64,000 bases of DNA from an uncultured bacterium (lineage in GTDB: Bacteria; Krumholzibacteriota; Krumholzibacteriia; LZORAL124-64-63), in the NCBI GenBank assembly GCA_963732385.1, contig CAVSZB010000005.1:160001-224000 (forward strand), read 5' to 3'. The notes under the pieces were generated by a model that was not told the origin of the DNA, searched no databases, and worked only from the letters and a program-made list of their open reading frames with translations. The translations under genes were made by a program, and so were the position numbers. Position 1 is the stretch's first letter. Each line of letters starts with the position of its first letter. Of the stretch, positions 38,545 through 46,688 are shown piece after piece.

Positions 38545-39789
38545 ATGTCTGCTTCGCTCTCGCCGCTGATCTCCTCCGAAATCGGTCCGCTTGAAGGGGT
38601 CATCCTGCACCCGCCGGGGCCGGAAATCGAGAACATGAGCCCGCTCGAGGCGGAACGGGCGCTCTACAGCGACATCCTGAATCTGGGCGTGGCGACGGCG
38701 GAGTATGCCCAGCTCGCGGGAGTGCTGCGGCGGGTCTGCCGGGTGTTCGAAACCGGCGAACTGCTGACCGAGACCCTGGCCGACCCGGCCACGCGGCGCG
38801 AGCTGATCGCGGCGGTCTGCCGCAACGAGGCGGCCGAAGGGCTGTGCGACGAACTGGCGGCGCTCGACCCGGCTGCGTTGACGGCGGCGCTGATCGGCGG
38901 CGTGCCGCTGCGCCGCGACACGCTCACCAGCTTCCTGAGCCGGGGGATCCACGCTCTGCGCCCGCTCCACAACCTCTTCTTCATGCGCGACACGGCGGCC
39001 GTGGTCGGCCGGCACGTGCTCCTGAGCCGCATGGCCAACGCGGTGCGCGAACGCGAGTCGCTGCTGATGGCGGCGGTCTTCGCCCATCATCCCCTCTTCC
39101 GGGCGCCGGTGATCGATCCGCTCGACACGCCCGGCGCCACCATCGAGGGGGGCGACGTGCTGGTGGCGCGGTCGGACGTGCTGATCGTCGGTATCGGCGC
39201 CCGCACCACGCCGCAGGCGGTCGATTTCCTGATCGCGCGCGTCTGCGCCGACGGCGGCACCCGTCACGTGGTGGTTCAGGAGCTGCCGACGACCCCCGAG
39301 TCGTTCATCCATCTCGACATGGTCTTCACGCTGCTCGATCACGACCTCTGCCTGGTGCACACCCCGGTCGTGCTGCAGCCGAGCCGTCTGGCCACCGTGC
39401 ATATCACCGTCGAGGGGGGCCGCGTGACGGCGATCCGGCAGGAGGCGGGGCTGCTGCCGGTGCTGCGGCGGCTCGGGCTCGACCTCGAGCCGGTGTCGTG
39501 CGGCGGCGACGATCCGGCCGCCCAGGAGCGGGAACAGTGGCACAGCGGGGCGAATGCCTTCGCCTTCGCGCCAGGCAAGGTGCTGGTGTACGGCCGGAAC
39601 GCGCGCACCCTGGCCGAACTTGACCGGCGCGGCTTCGCCATCGTGCCGGCGTGCGACGTAATCGACGGCCGGACGGACCTGGCGACGTTGCGGCGATGCG
39701 CCGTGACGATCGAGGGAGCGGAACTGGCGCGGGGCGGCGGCGGCTGCCGCTGCATGACGCTGCCGGTGCGGCGGGCGCCGCTGGCGTGA
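38545..39789 (+). CDS. arcA: Arginine deiminase
   Basis: SEIGPL, NLFFMRD, IEGGDV, HLDMVFT, EQW, ELARGGGGCRCMT catalytic Cys. Confidence 0.92.
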   Translation: MSASLSPLISSEIGPLEGVILHPPGPEIENMSPLEAERALYSDILNLGVATAEYAQLAGVLRRVCRVFETGELLTETLADPATRRELIAAVCRNEAAEGLCDELAALDPAALTAALIGGVPLRRDTLTSFLSRGIHALRPLHNLFFMRDTAAVVGRHVLLSRMANAVRERESLLMAAVFAHHPLFRAPVIDPLDTPGATIEGGDVLVARSDVLIVGIGARTTPQAVDFLIARVCADGGTRHVVVQELPTTPESFIHLDMVFTLLDHDLCLVHTPVVLQPSRLATVHITVEGGRVTAIRQEAGLLPVLRRLGLDLEPVSCGGDDPAAQEREQWHSGANAFAFAPGKVLVYGRNARTLAELDRRGFAIVPACDVIDGRTDLATLRRCAVTIEGAELARGGGGCRCMTLPVRRAPLA

Positions 39790-39851
39790 GCCCGCGCCGG
39801 ATCGGGGAACGCGAGATACCAGTTGCCTGCCATATCGGTACTCGACATCAC

Positions 39852-39886
39852 CGCGATGGCCGGGGCATATCGCCCCGGCCGTCGCG
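39852..39886. terminator. Hairpin between convergent arcA and the large secreted-protein gene
   Basis: CGCGATGGCCGGGGC-ATATC-GCCCCGGCCGTCGCG. Confidence 0.6.
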
Positions 39887-39936
39887 TTCAGGGTCCGTAC
39901 AGCGAGGCGCCGTGAGTGCGCGTGCTGGCTCGGCTA

Positions 39937-42900
39937 CTACCGGATCAGCATGAACTTGCTGGCGGCGTTCTCCCCCGCAGCCCGCATTCTGGCGAAGTAG
40001 ACACCTGACGCAGCCCCCTGGCCTGCGTCATTTCTACCATCCCACAGCCATACGTATTCGCCGCATGCCATCTCTCCACAATTGACTTTGCGCACAGATC
40101 GTCCGCGGACATCGTAAATCGTCATTTCCACTATTGCCTGCCTGGACAATTTGTATCGCAAGGACCGCGGGCCAGCCTTGCTGAAGGACATGATTGTGGG
40201 CCCGGCTGTCTTCAGCGCATCGCTATCCATGGTCTTTGCGACCATGGTTGCCGGGACTACGTCATTGCGCCAAAGTCCGATGCCGCTAGTCCCCATCACC
40301 AATTGCCCATCGACGTACGGGTTAAAATTGAGGCTGAGCACATTCATTCCGATGTAATCCTCAGATTCGGACGCAAAGGACCATGTCGTGCCATTACAAA
40401 TCCAGACGCCCTTGCTGTGCGAATAGCCATATCCACTAAGACCCGCATACAACCGATCCGGATCATGCGGATCGACCACAAGCGCGCGCATCTCCATGCC
40501 TCGATTGGCAAAATCGTAGTAAGGCGCATCTGCTTGCCAGATGGGAGGGTTCGTGCCCCATGCGAATCCAGTAGATTCAGTCAGAACCAGCCACTGGCTG
40601 GGATCAGACGCTTGGGAAGGATCAAGACACTTGACGACGCCGCCATAACCGCCCTGGTAGCCACCTGCCCCGCCGTACAACCGCGAGCCATCGGCAGACT
40701 GCGCCAAAGACCACACATTCCTTTGAAAGCCGATATTATCGAAGAATACTCTTACCCAAGTTGGATTGACAAAGTCTTCCAGCATCCAGATACCGCCGAC
40801 ATTCGGGGCACCGCTTGTCCCGCCAAGCCCGCTTGCCAGAAATAGCCTTCTACCTCCGTAACTATTAAACAGCAATTCGTGAGGAAGATCCTTCAGCAAG
40901 TTGTCCCCGCCGGCCATGTCGTTATCAAGATTCCCCGTGAAATCATTCCAGTCCCAAATGCCCTTGAGCGCGTTGTAAGTAACGCGATATACTCCACATG
41001 CATTGTCGCCCAAGCGCTTGAATGTGACAAACAAAGTATCATCATTCACAAATGCCATGCCGTACCACTTGTATGCTCCCTCTGTAGGCGCCCGCGCAGA
41101 CACATTGACCCATTCCGGAGTGATATATTCGCTCTCCTTGTACATCATAAGCTTGCTTAATGCGGTCGGCGTAGTCGCCCATTGCGTAAAAGTGGCAAAT
41201 ATGGCATGATATATATTGCTGTGCCAATATGGGCGCACTGCTACGTCATATGTATTGCGCGAAGCCGCCTTGATATCTGTCGCGGTGGCAGCGTTATCTA
41301 CCTCCGGCATAAATAGCACGGAAGAGTCCTGTGTCGCGCTGGTCGTGCGGAACATGCCCACATCCGCAGCTGTGTACACGCACACCCCATCAGGCATAAA
41401 GGCAGTGTTCGCAACACATAGCTGGCTATAGCCGCGGTTGGTCCAGTGACCGTCTCCCCCATCACAATAGGCATTAATCCAACTCTCGCCGCCATCCTGC
41501 GACACATGAAACCGGGCATTCATCTGCATGCCCAGATAGGTCGGCGACCCCGATATGGCCGGGTACAGCATGGGATGGAATATAACGGTAGCACCCCAGA
41601 AGTTTAGCCAACCTAATTCGGACTCGAAGCTCGCGGGAACCCATGAGTTGTTATTGCCGTAAATTTGATTTTCCCATGATACGGCACCAAAGGCTTCGGG
41701 GTCGAGCATGTTAACGCCTTTGAATAGACCATAAGAAGCTCCCCGGTCGCCGACGTAGATAATGTCCCGGTCAGTGCGTTCTTCGACAGTCATATATATG
41801 AGTTGTGGCACGGCCAAAGAGTAGGGCTGGGCCCCGTCGATCGCTACGGACCAAAGGCTTTCGCCGAATTCAGGGATATTCGCGCCATCGTCAGCATATT
41901 GCCACTGCGCATCGGGATTACTTATGGCTCCGTGCATGCAATACACCCCGCCGGCCAAGTCGGTGCCCAGCTTTTGCATGGCCACATAGAGGTCGCCACG
42001 CTTTGTCAGGTGAACGGACCAGGCGGATAGAAGCCCGGCGCCAGGCGTACCATAATTCAGAGACGGCAGTGCGGCTCCGGTAAGTGGGTTGTCGTGAAGA
42101 GCGCGCCACAATTTTGCTTTGGCGCTGTACAGATAGATACCATTGCGCGCGGCGACGACAACGTAGTCCACATTTTTGATACGAGTTACGGATATGTCGC
42201 GAATGGCGCCAAAGGCGCTGCTGTCGCCGAGAGGCGTCCAAATAGCGGAGGACTGGTTTACGTTGTATGCCCATACGGAATGCGGTGCGGTGATGCATCC
42301 TGGCTTTGTGGTGTCCAGTGGACAGCCTGGGAAGAACGTCGTTTCATAAGAATCATCGGAATAGCGAACGCGACCTGCGCCGGCATAGAGAATGTTTCCG
42401 CCATTCCAGTCAAGAGTCGCGAATGGTATCGCCTGGCGATGGGGGACCCAGGCAAAATCGGTTGTAAAGTAGGCAAGAGGAAACTCCGCCATAGTGTCGG
42501 CGTAGCTGTATTGCGTGCACCAGCTCCAGGAAGAGGTGCCGAGATCAGGTCGTGCATATACGCCGCCCGCTGTAGCGGCGAAGAACTTGACCGACCCGTC
42601 CTTGAGAATGACGGGTTCGATGTCGTCGATATACTGGGTGTTTTCCCAGTCGTTGTTGTGGAGGCCCTGGCTCCACTGACGCCACGTCAAACCAAAGTCA
42701 TCGGTACGATACATACTGCCGCACATGTCCCCGCCGACAAGCATGATATTGTGATTGGTCGGGTGAAAACATCCACCCTGCAGCCACCCCGAACCAGCCA
42801 TGCCTTTGGCTTGCATGGGGAGGGCGGCGTTCGTCCAATTATTCATGAGCATGATGAGGGCAACAGACAGAAGCAATGCTAATGACTGGTGCAACATAGC

Positions 42901-42996
42901 GAACCAAGGGGTCTCGTGCGGCGCACGGGCGGGAAACCGAATCTCGTCCTGGGGAGCAGGCCGACGGTTTCTGGAAGCATGACTTCGCGTAGTCAT
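39937..42996 (-). CDS. Large secreted BNR/Asp-box beta-propeller protein (GH74/sortilin-like) with C-terminal FlgD-Ig-like domain
   Basis: GSGW..GCFHPTNHNIMLVGGDMCGSMYRTDDFGLTW and SQDGGESW Asp-boxes; tail IYDVRGRSVR...WDGRNDAGQGAASGVYFARM. GGGAGA precedes ATG 42996. Confidence 0.75.
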   Translation of the reverse strand: MTTRSHASRNRRPAPQDEIRFPARAPHETPWFAMLHQSLALLLSVALIMLMNNWTNAALPMQAKGMAGSGWLQGGCFHPTNHNIMLVGGDMCGSMYRTDDFGLTWRQWSQGLHNNDWENTQYIDDIEPVILKDGSVKFFAATAGGVYARPDLGTSSWSWCTQYSYADTMAEFPLAYFTTDFAWVPHRQAIPFATLDWNGGNILYAGAGRVRYSDDSYETTFFPGCPLDTTKPGCITAPHSVWAYNVNQSSAIWTPLGDSSAFGAIRDISVTRIKNVDYVVVAARNGIYLYSAKAKLWRALHDNPLTGAALPSLNYGTPGAGLLSAWSVHLTKRGDLYVAMQKLGTDLAGGVYCMHGAISNPDAQWQYADDGANIPEFGESLWSVAIDGAQPYSLAVPQLIYMTVEERTDRDIIYVGDRGASYGLFKGVNMLDPEAFGAVSWENQIYGNNNSWVPASFESELGWLNFWGATVIFHPMLYPAISGSPTYLGMQMNARFHVSQDGGESWINAYCDGGDGHWTNRGYSQLCVANTAFMPDGVCVYTAADVGMFRTTSATQDSSVLFMPEVDNAATATDIKAASRNTYDVAVRPYWHSNIYHAIFATFTQWATTPTALSKLMMYKESEYITPEWVNVSARAPTEGAYKWYGMAFVNDDTLFVTFKRLGDNACGVYRVTYNALKGIWDWNDFTGNLDNDMAGGDNLLKDLPHELLFNSYGGRRLFLASGLGGTSGAPNVGGIWMLEDFVNPTWVRVFFDNIGFQRNVWSLAQSADGSRLYGGAGGYQGGYGGVVKCLDPSQASDPSQWLVLTESTGFAWGTNPPIWQADAPYYDFANRGMEMRALVVDPHDPDRLYAGLSGYGYSHSKGVWICNGTTWSFASESEDYIGMNVLSLNFNPYVDGQLVMGTSGIGLWRNDVVPATMVAKTMDSDALKTAGPTIMSFSKAGPRSLRYKLSRQAIVEMTIYDVRGRSVRKVNCGEMACGEYVWLWDGRNDAGQGAASGVYFARMRAAGENAASKFMLIR

Positions 42997-43800
42997 AGAA
43001 TTCTCCCTGGTTTGAGGATTACGAGGGGCAGCGTACGAGATGGCTGGCAAGTCCTGACGTGGGACTTGTATATCGGCCTGACGCGGCCAAATGCGACCGT
43101 CCGGTCGCTGGGCGATCTGTTCCCTGGCAGGCGCCGTGAAGGGGCGCGCGGACTGTCGACACATTTCTTTTGCTCATCTGGCAAAGCACGGGCACGGAAA
43201 CGTAGCGCGGGAATTCTGGAGACTGCCGTCACCATAAGGATGGTGCTGAAATCTCCGCAATCGGGATATATTGCAGGGAATATGATGTGCGTATCGCATG
43301 AAAAAGAACGAACGGTTCTCCGAGCCGAGTGAGGGGCGGCAAACGGGCCTGTTCTCCGCTGAAATTTCTGCTGCATCTTCACGAGGCGACTGGCAAGAAC
43401 AGGCAAAGCAGCAGTATGGGGTAACAGATCGACGACCACGTGGCGCTCCCTGAAGGCAAGTACCGCTGGGCGTAATCGAAATGTAAGGCGAGGGGATTAG
43501 GGGAGTGTCATGAATCGGCAATGAAACGTCAAGGAGGTTATTGCTGAAGCGGATGTTCTGGTACAGCATGAATGGCACGAGAAGGCGACCAGGAAATCGC
43601 GGCGGCAGTTGGAGCAGTAACCGCAGGCAACCCCGTGAGCAAAGATGCCGCAAGTATCACGTCGTCGTGAGAGTTGTGCCGGCGCAAGTGGTCTGCTGAA
43701 GCTGCCGTCCGGAAAACGCCCGTTCCGTCGCCTGGATCGACCCGGTTGTCATATTACTATGCTGCCTGTGCGGCGGGCGCCGCTGGCGTGAGCGCTCCGT

Positions 43801-44394
43801 TCAGGCCCGCGTGACGACGAAATCGACGCAGGCGCCATCGGGTACCGGGACGCCCGGCGCGCAGCGGTAGGTGCCGAGCCCGTCGGGGTACGGCTGGTCC
43901 GCACAGGTCAGATCCATCAGGGCCGCAGCCATGCCGCGCAACAGCGCCGCCTGGGGACGGACATCGGCGTCGCGTTTCTCCGGGCCTCCCGCGGGAGCGC
44001 ACGACGCGCGCAGGGACAACTGCTCGCGCGGGGTGAACGCCACGATTTCCGCCTCCGGCCAGCCGCAGGCGGCGAACACGACACACGCCCCCGCCAGCAG
44101 ATCGTCGGGCAGACGAACCAGGTTCGGCGCCACCGATTCCAGCCAGGTGTCCGAGGTGAGGATGCCGTAGCCGAGGTGATAGCCCGACTCCTGGGCCGAG
44201 CCGACCAGCAGCTCTTCCGCGTCCGTTTCGAGATTCCCGCCGACCGCGTCGAGCAGACGAGCGGCGAAGCCGTGCCAGAGATCGGCCGGCAGGCGGGTGA
44301 GCGGGATGCCGAAGGCGGCGATGAGGCCGTCTTCATCCTCGCCGACCTGGGTCCGCGTGAACCCGGCCGCCACGCGTTTGCGATCGTCGCTCAT
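43801..44394 (-). CDS. V4R-like (4-vinyl reductase fold) protein, second of the pair
   Basis: GEDEDGLIAAFG, ESGYHLGYGILTS, CGWPEAEIV, LLRGMAAALMDL. GGGAGGG RBS. Family assigned from memory. Confidence 0.6.
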   Translation of the reverse strand: MSDDRKRVAAGFTRTQVGEDEDGLIAAFGIPLTRLPADLWHGFAARLLDAVGGNLETDAEELLVGSAQESGYHLGYGILTSDTWLESVAPNLVRLPDDLLAGACVVFAACGWPEAEIVAFTPREQLSLRASCAPAGGPEKRDADVRPQAALLRGMAAALMDLTCADQPYPDGLGTYRCAPGVPVPDGACVDFVVTRA

Positions 44395-44404
44395 GCGCCC
44401 TCCC

Positions 44405-44941
44405 CTACTTGATCGCGGCCTGGAAAACCGAGGCCTCGTCGCCGCAAGCCAGCGAGGCGCACTCCTCGACGGAAAACAGACCGGGCGGCAGGTCACTCAC
44501 CAGGGCCGCCACCGCGGCCACGAATCCACGTCCGATATGGTTGACCGGCGCGTCTGGGCGTCCCCAGCGGCGCACCCAGCAGATGTCCACGAGTGAGCGA
44601 TCCATGACCGCCGTCAGGCGGTCGGGCCCGACTGCGGAGAACTCCACCCGTCCCATGCCGGCGCGGCGCCACGCCTCGCGGGCGACCGCCAGCCGCTCCT
44701 CCGTGGAGCGGGCTCCGTGCTCCCGGCAGTGTCGGTCGAGCTGCCGATAGAAGGCGTTCTCGGCCGCCTCGCCCAGCAACCGGGGGCCGTCGCAACGGGC
44801 CGTGTCCAGGGCGAGCTGGGTGCACAGGAGAGCGTAGTGATAGGGGTGCAGGACGGCTCCGGTCAGGTCGGCGCGGACCGATCCGCGCGACACCTCCGGG
44901 GTCTGCTCGACGACGAATCCGGCCAGCCGCTCCCCCGCCAT
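44405..44941 (-). CDS. V4R-like protein, first of the pair
   Basis: LHPYHY, AGMGRVEF, WGRPDAPVNHIGRGFVAA, VEECASLACGDEASVF. GGAGG RBS. Confidence 0.65.
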   Translation of the reverse strand: MAGERLAGFVVEQTPEVSRGSVRADLTGAVLHPYHYALLCTQLALDTARCDGPRLLGEAAENAFYRQLDRHCREHGARSTEERLAVAREAWRRAGMGRVEFSAVGPDRLTAVMDRSLVDICWVRRWGRPDAPVNHIGRGFVAAVAALVSDLPPGLFSVEECASLACGDEASVFQAAIK

Positions 44942-44950
44942 GTCGTCCTC

Positions 44951-45139
44951 CTAGAGCGCCACTTCCCGCTTGATGACGGCGCGCAGCGCTTCGCGCATCC
45001 GGGCGAGTTCCTCGGGGTGATCGGGCGCGGCCCGGGCCGCCGCAGCGGTCAGGCCGAGCCGGAGCGCCAGGCGCCGACGGGCCCGTTCTCCGCCCGCCTC
45101 CTGCGCCGCCAGGAATCCCCGCGCCAGCCTGTCTCCCAT
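44951..45139 (-). CDS. Small helical protein (62 aa) leading the V4R pair
   Basis: GGAGG RBS, then MGDRLARGFLAAQEAGGERARRRLALRLGL...APDHPEELARMREAL. Tightly spaced with the next gene. Confidence 0.65.
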   Translation of the reverse strand: MGDRLARGFLAAQEAGGERARRRLALRLGLTAAAARAAPDHPEELARMREALRAVIKREVAL

Positions 45140-45434
45140 GCTCGCCTCCCGGACGCCGCCCCGACGGTGACGCCCCGACCGTGACCCGTCAGCGGGCGTT
45201 TGCAAGACCAGGGCCAGCACCCACCCGACGGTGACGGGGTGCAGTTGCGGACAGGGTGTTGTTATTGAACATCTTACTGGCCTCCAGACGCCCTGGCCCG
45301 CCGGCGCGGACCATCCCCTGCCGGAAGTTTCCGCCACGCCACGGACGGACTTGCCGCGCCAGCCTGCCGACGCGGCGGGCGGGCAGACCTCGCGCACCTT
45401 TATAGTGGAGGGAACATTGGGCAGATGAATCCGT

Positions 45435-46688
45435 ATGTTCTTCCCGTTCCCGGTCCCTCACCATCCCAGCCTCGATTCAGCCGACAAACGCGGAAGGTCG
45501 CCACGTATGCCACGAACCGACGCTGCACGCCGCCGACAGCGGTTTCCTGTACCGATCGCTCTGACGATGATGCTTTTGCTGCTTCTTCTGGCAGGACTCA
45601 CCCTGCCGGGGTGCGGCGGGAACAAGGGCCAGGCCGCCTCCGCCACGCAGGGCGCCGGGCAGCCGGCAGCGGGCGCCGGCAACGTCGATGGCGCCCCGGC
45701 CCAGCCACCGGCGCCGGTGGCTGTGATGCCGGCCACGATCGGCCCGATCGCCAGCCACTACGCCACCACCGCCACGCTCGAGGCCGAAAAGGAGGCCGAG
45801 GTGCTGGCGCGCGTGGCCGGGGTCGTGAAGTCGCTCGCCTGCGAGGAGGGCGACTTCGTGCGCGAGGGGCAGGCGCTGCTGGCGATCGAGAACGACGAGT
45901 ACCGTTTGCGGGTCGACCAGATGGTCGCCCGGCGGGCCGAACTGGCCGCCCGCTTCGCGCGGGTCAGCGATATGATGGCGCAGCAGCTCGTCACCGAGGA
46001 GGAGTTCCAGAAGGCGAAGGCCGACCTGGCTGGCGCGGAGGCGGACGAGGGGCTGGCGCGTCTGAACTACTCCTACACGACCGTGACCGCGCCATTCTCA
46101 GGTCGGGTGGTGCGACGCCTCGCGAACGTCGGCCAGAACCTCGCCATCGGCGCGCCGCTGTTCGGGCTGGCCGACATGGACCCGCTGCTGGCGCGCGTGC
46201 ACGTGCCGTCGAAGGAGTTCCGCAAGCTGCGGCCGGACCAGCCGGTCGAACTGGTGCTCGACAGCAGCGACGAGCGCTTCACCGGGCGCATCAAGCTGGT
46301 CAGTCCGATCATCGACCCGCAGAGCGGCACGATCAAGGTCACGGTGGAGATCGCCGCGTACCCGGCCGGCACGCGTCCCGGCGACTTCGCGCGCGTGCGC
46401 ATCGTTACCGACCAGCGGCCCGCCGCCACGCTCGTGCCCAAACTGGCCGTCTTCTCGGAGAAGGGCGAGGACATCCTCTTCGTGGCCAAGGACGGCCTCG
46501 CCGAGCGCCGCTCGGTGACCCTCGGCTTCACCGACGACGAACTGGCCGAGATCACGGCGGGCGTGCAGCCGGGCGAACTGGTCGTGGTGAAGGGGCAGCG
46601 CTCGCTCAAGCAGGGGGCCCCCCTGAAGATTCTGGACGACGAGCCGGCCGCCGCGCCCGACTCCGTCACGCTGCGGACGGACTCCTGA
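45435..46688 (+). CDS. RND efflux periplasmic adaptor subunit
   Basis: EEGDFVREGQAL, VTAPFSGRV, SPIIDPQSGTIKV, PGDFARV. True start may be about 45507. Confidence 0.92.
   Translation: MFFPFPVPHHPSLDSADKRGRSPRMPRTDAARRRQRFPVPIALTMMLLLLLLAGLTLPGCGGNKGQAASATQGAGQPAAGAGNVDGAPAQPPAPVAVMPATIGPIASHYATTATLEAEKEAEVLARVAGVVKSLACEEGDFVREGQALLAIENDEYRLRVDQMVARRAELAARFARVSDMMAQQLVTEEEFQKAKADLAGAEADEGLARLNYSYTTVTAPFSGRVVRRLANVGQNLAIGAPLFGLADMDPLLARVHVPSKEFRKLRPDQPVELVLDSSDERFTGRIKLVSPIIDPQSGTIKVTVEIAAYPAGTRPGDFARVRIVTDQRPAATLVPKLAVFSEKGEDILFVAKDGLAERRSVTLGFTDDELAEITAGVQPGELVVVKGQRSLKQGAPLKILDDEPAAAPDSVTLRTDS

Noticed and set aside
43174..43653. 159-aa ORF in the lower-GC upstream region
   Set aside because: No RBS, no recognisable motif and atypical composition. 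Treated as non-coding.
45425..46687. Apparent 420-aa N-terminal extension of the first RND permease (likewise the extensions of pckA, trpG and the M28 peptidase in the ORF track)
   Set aside because: These overlap real upstream genes in another frame. The true starts lie at stop/start overlaps or next to an RBS.
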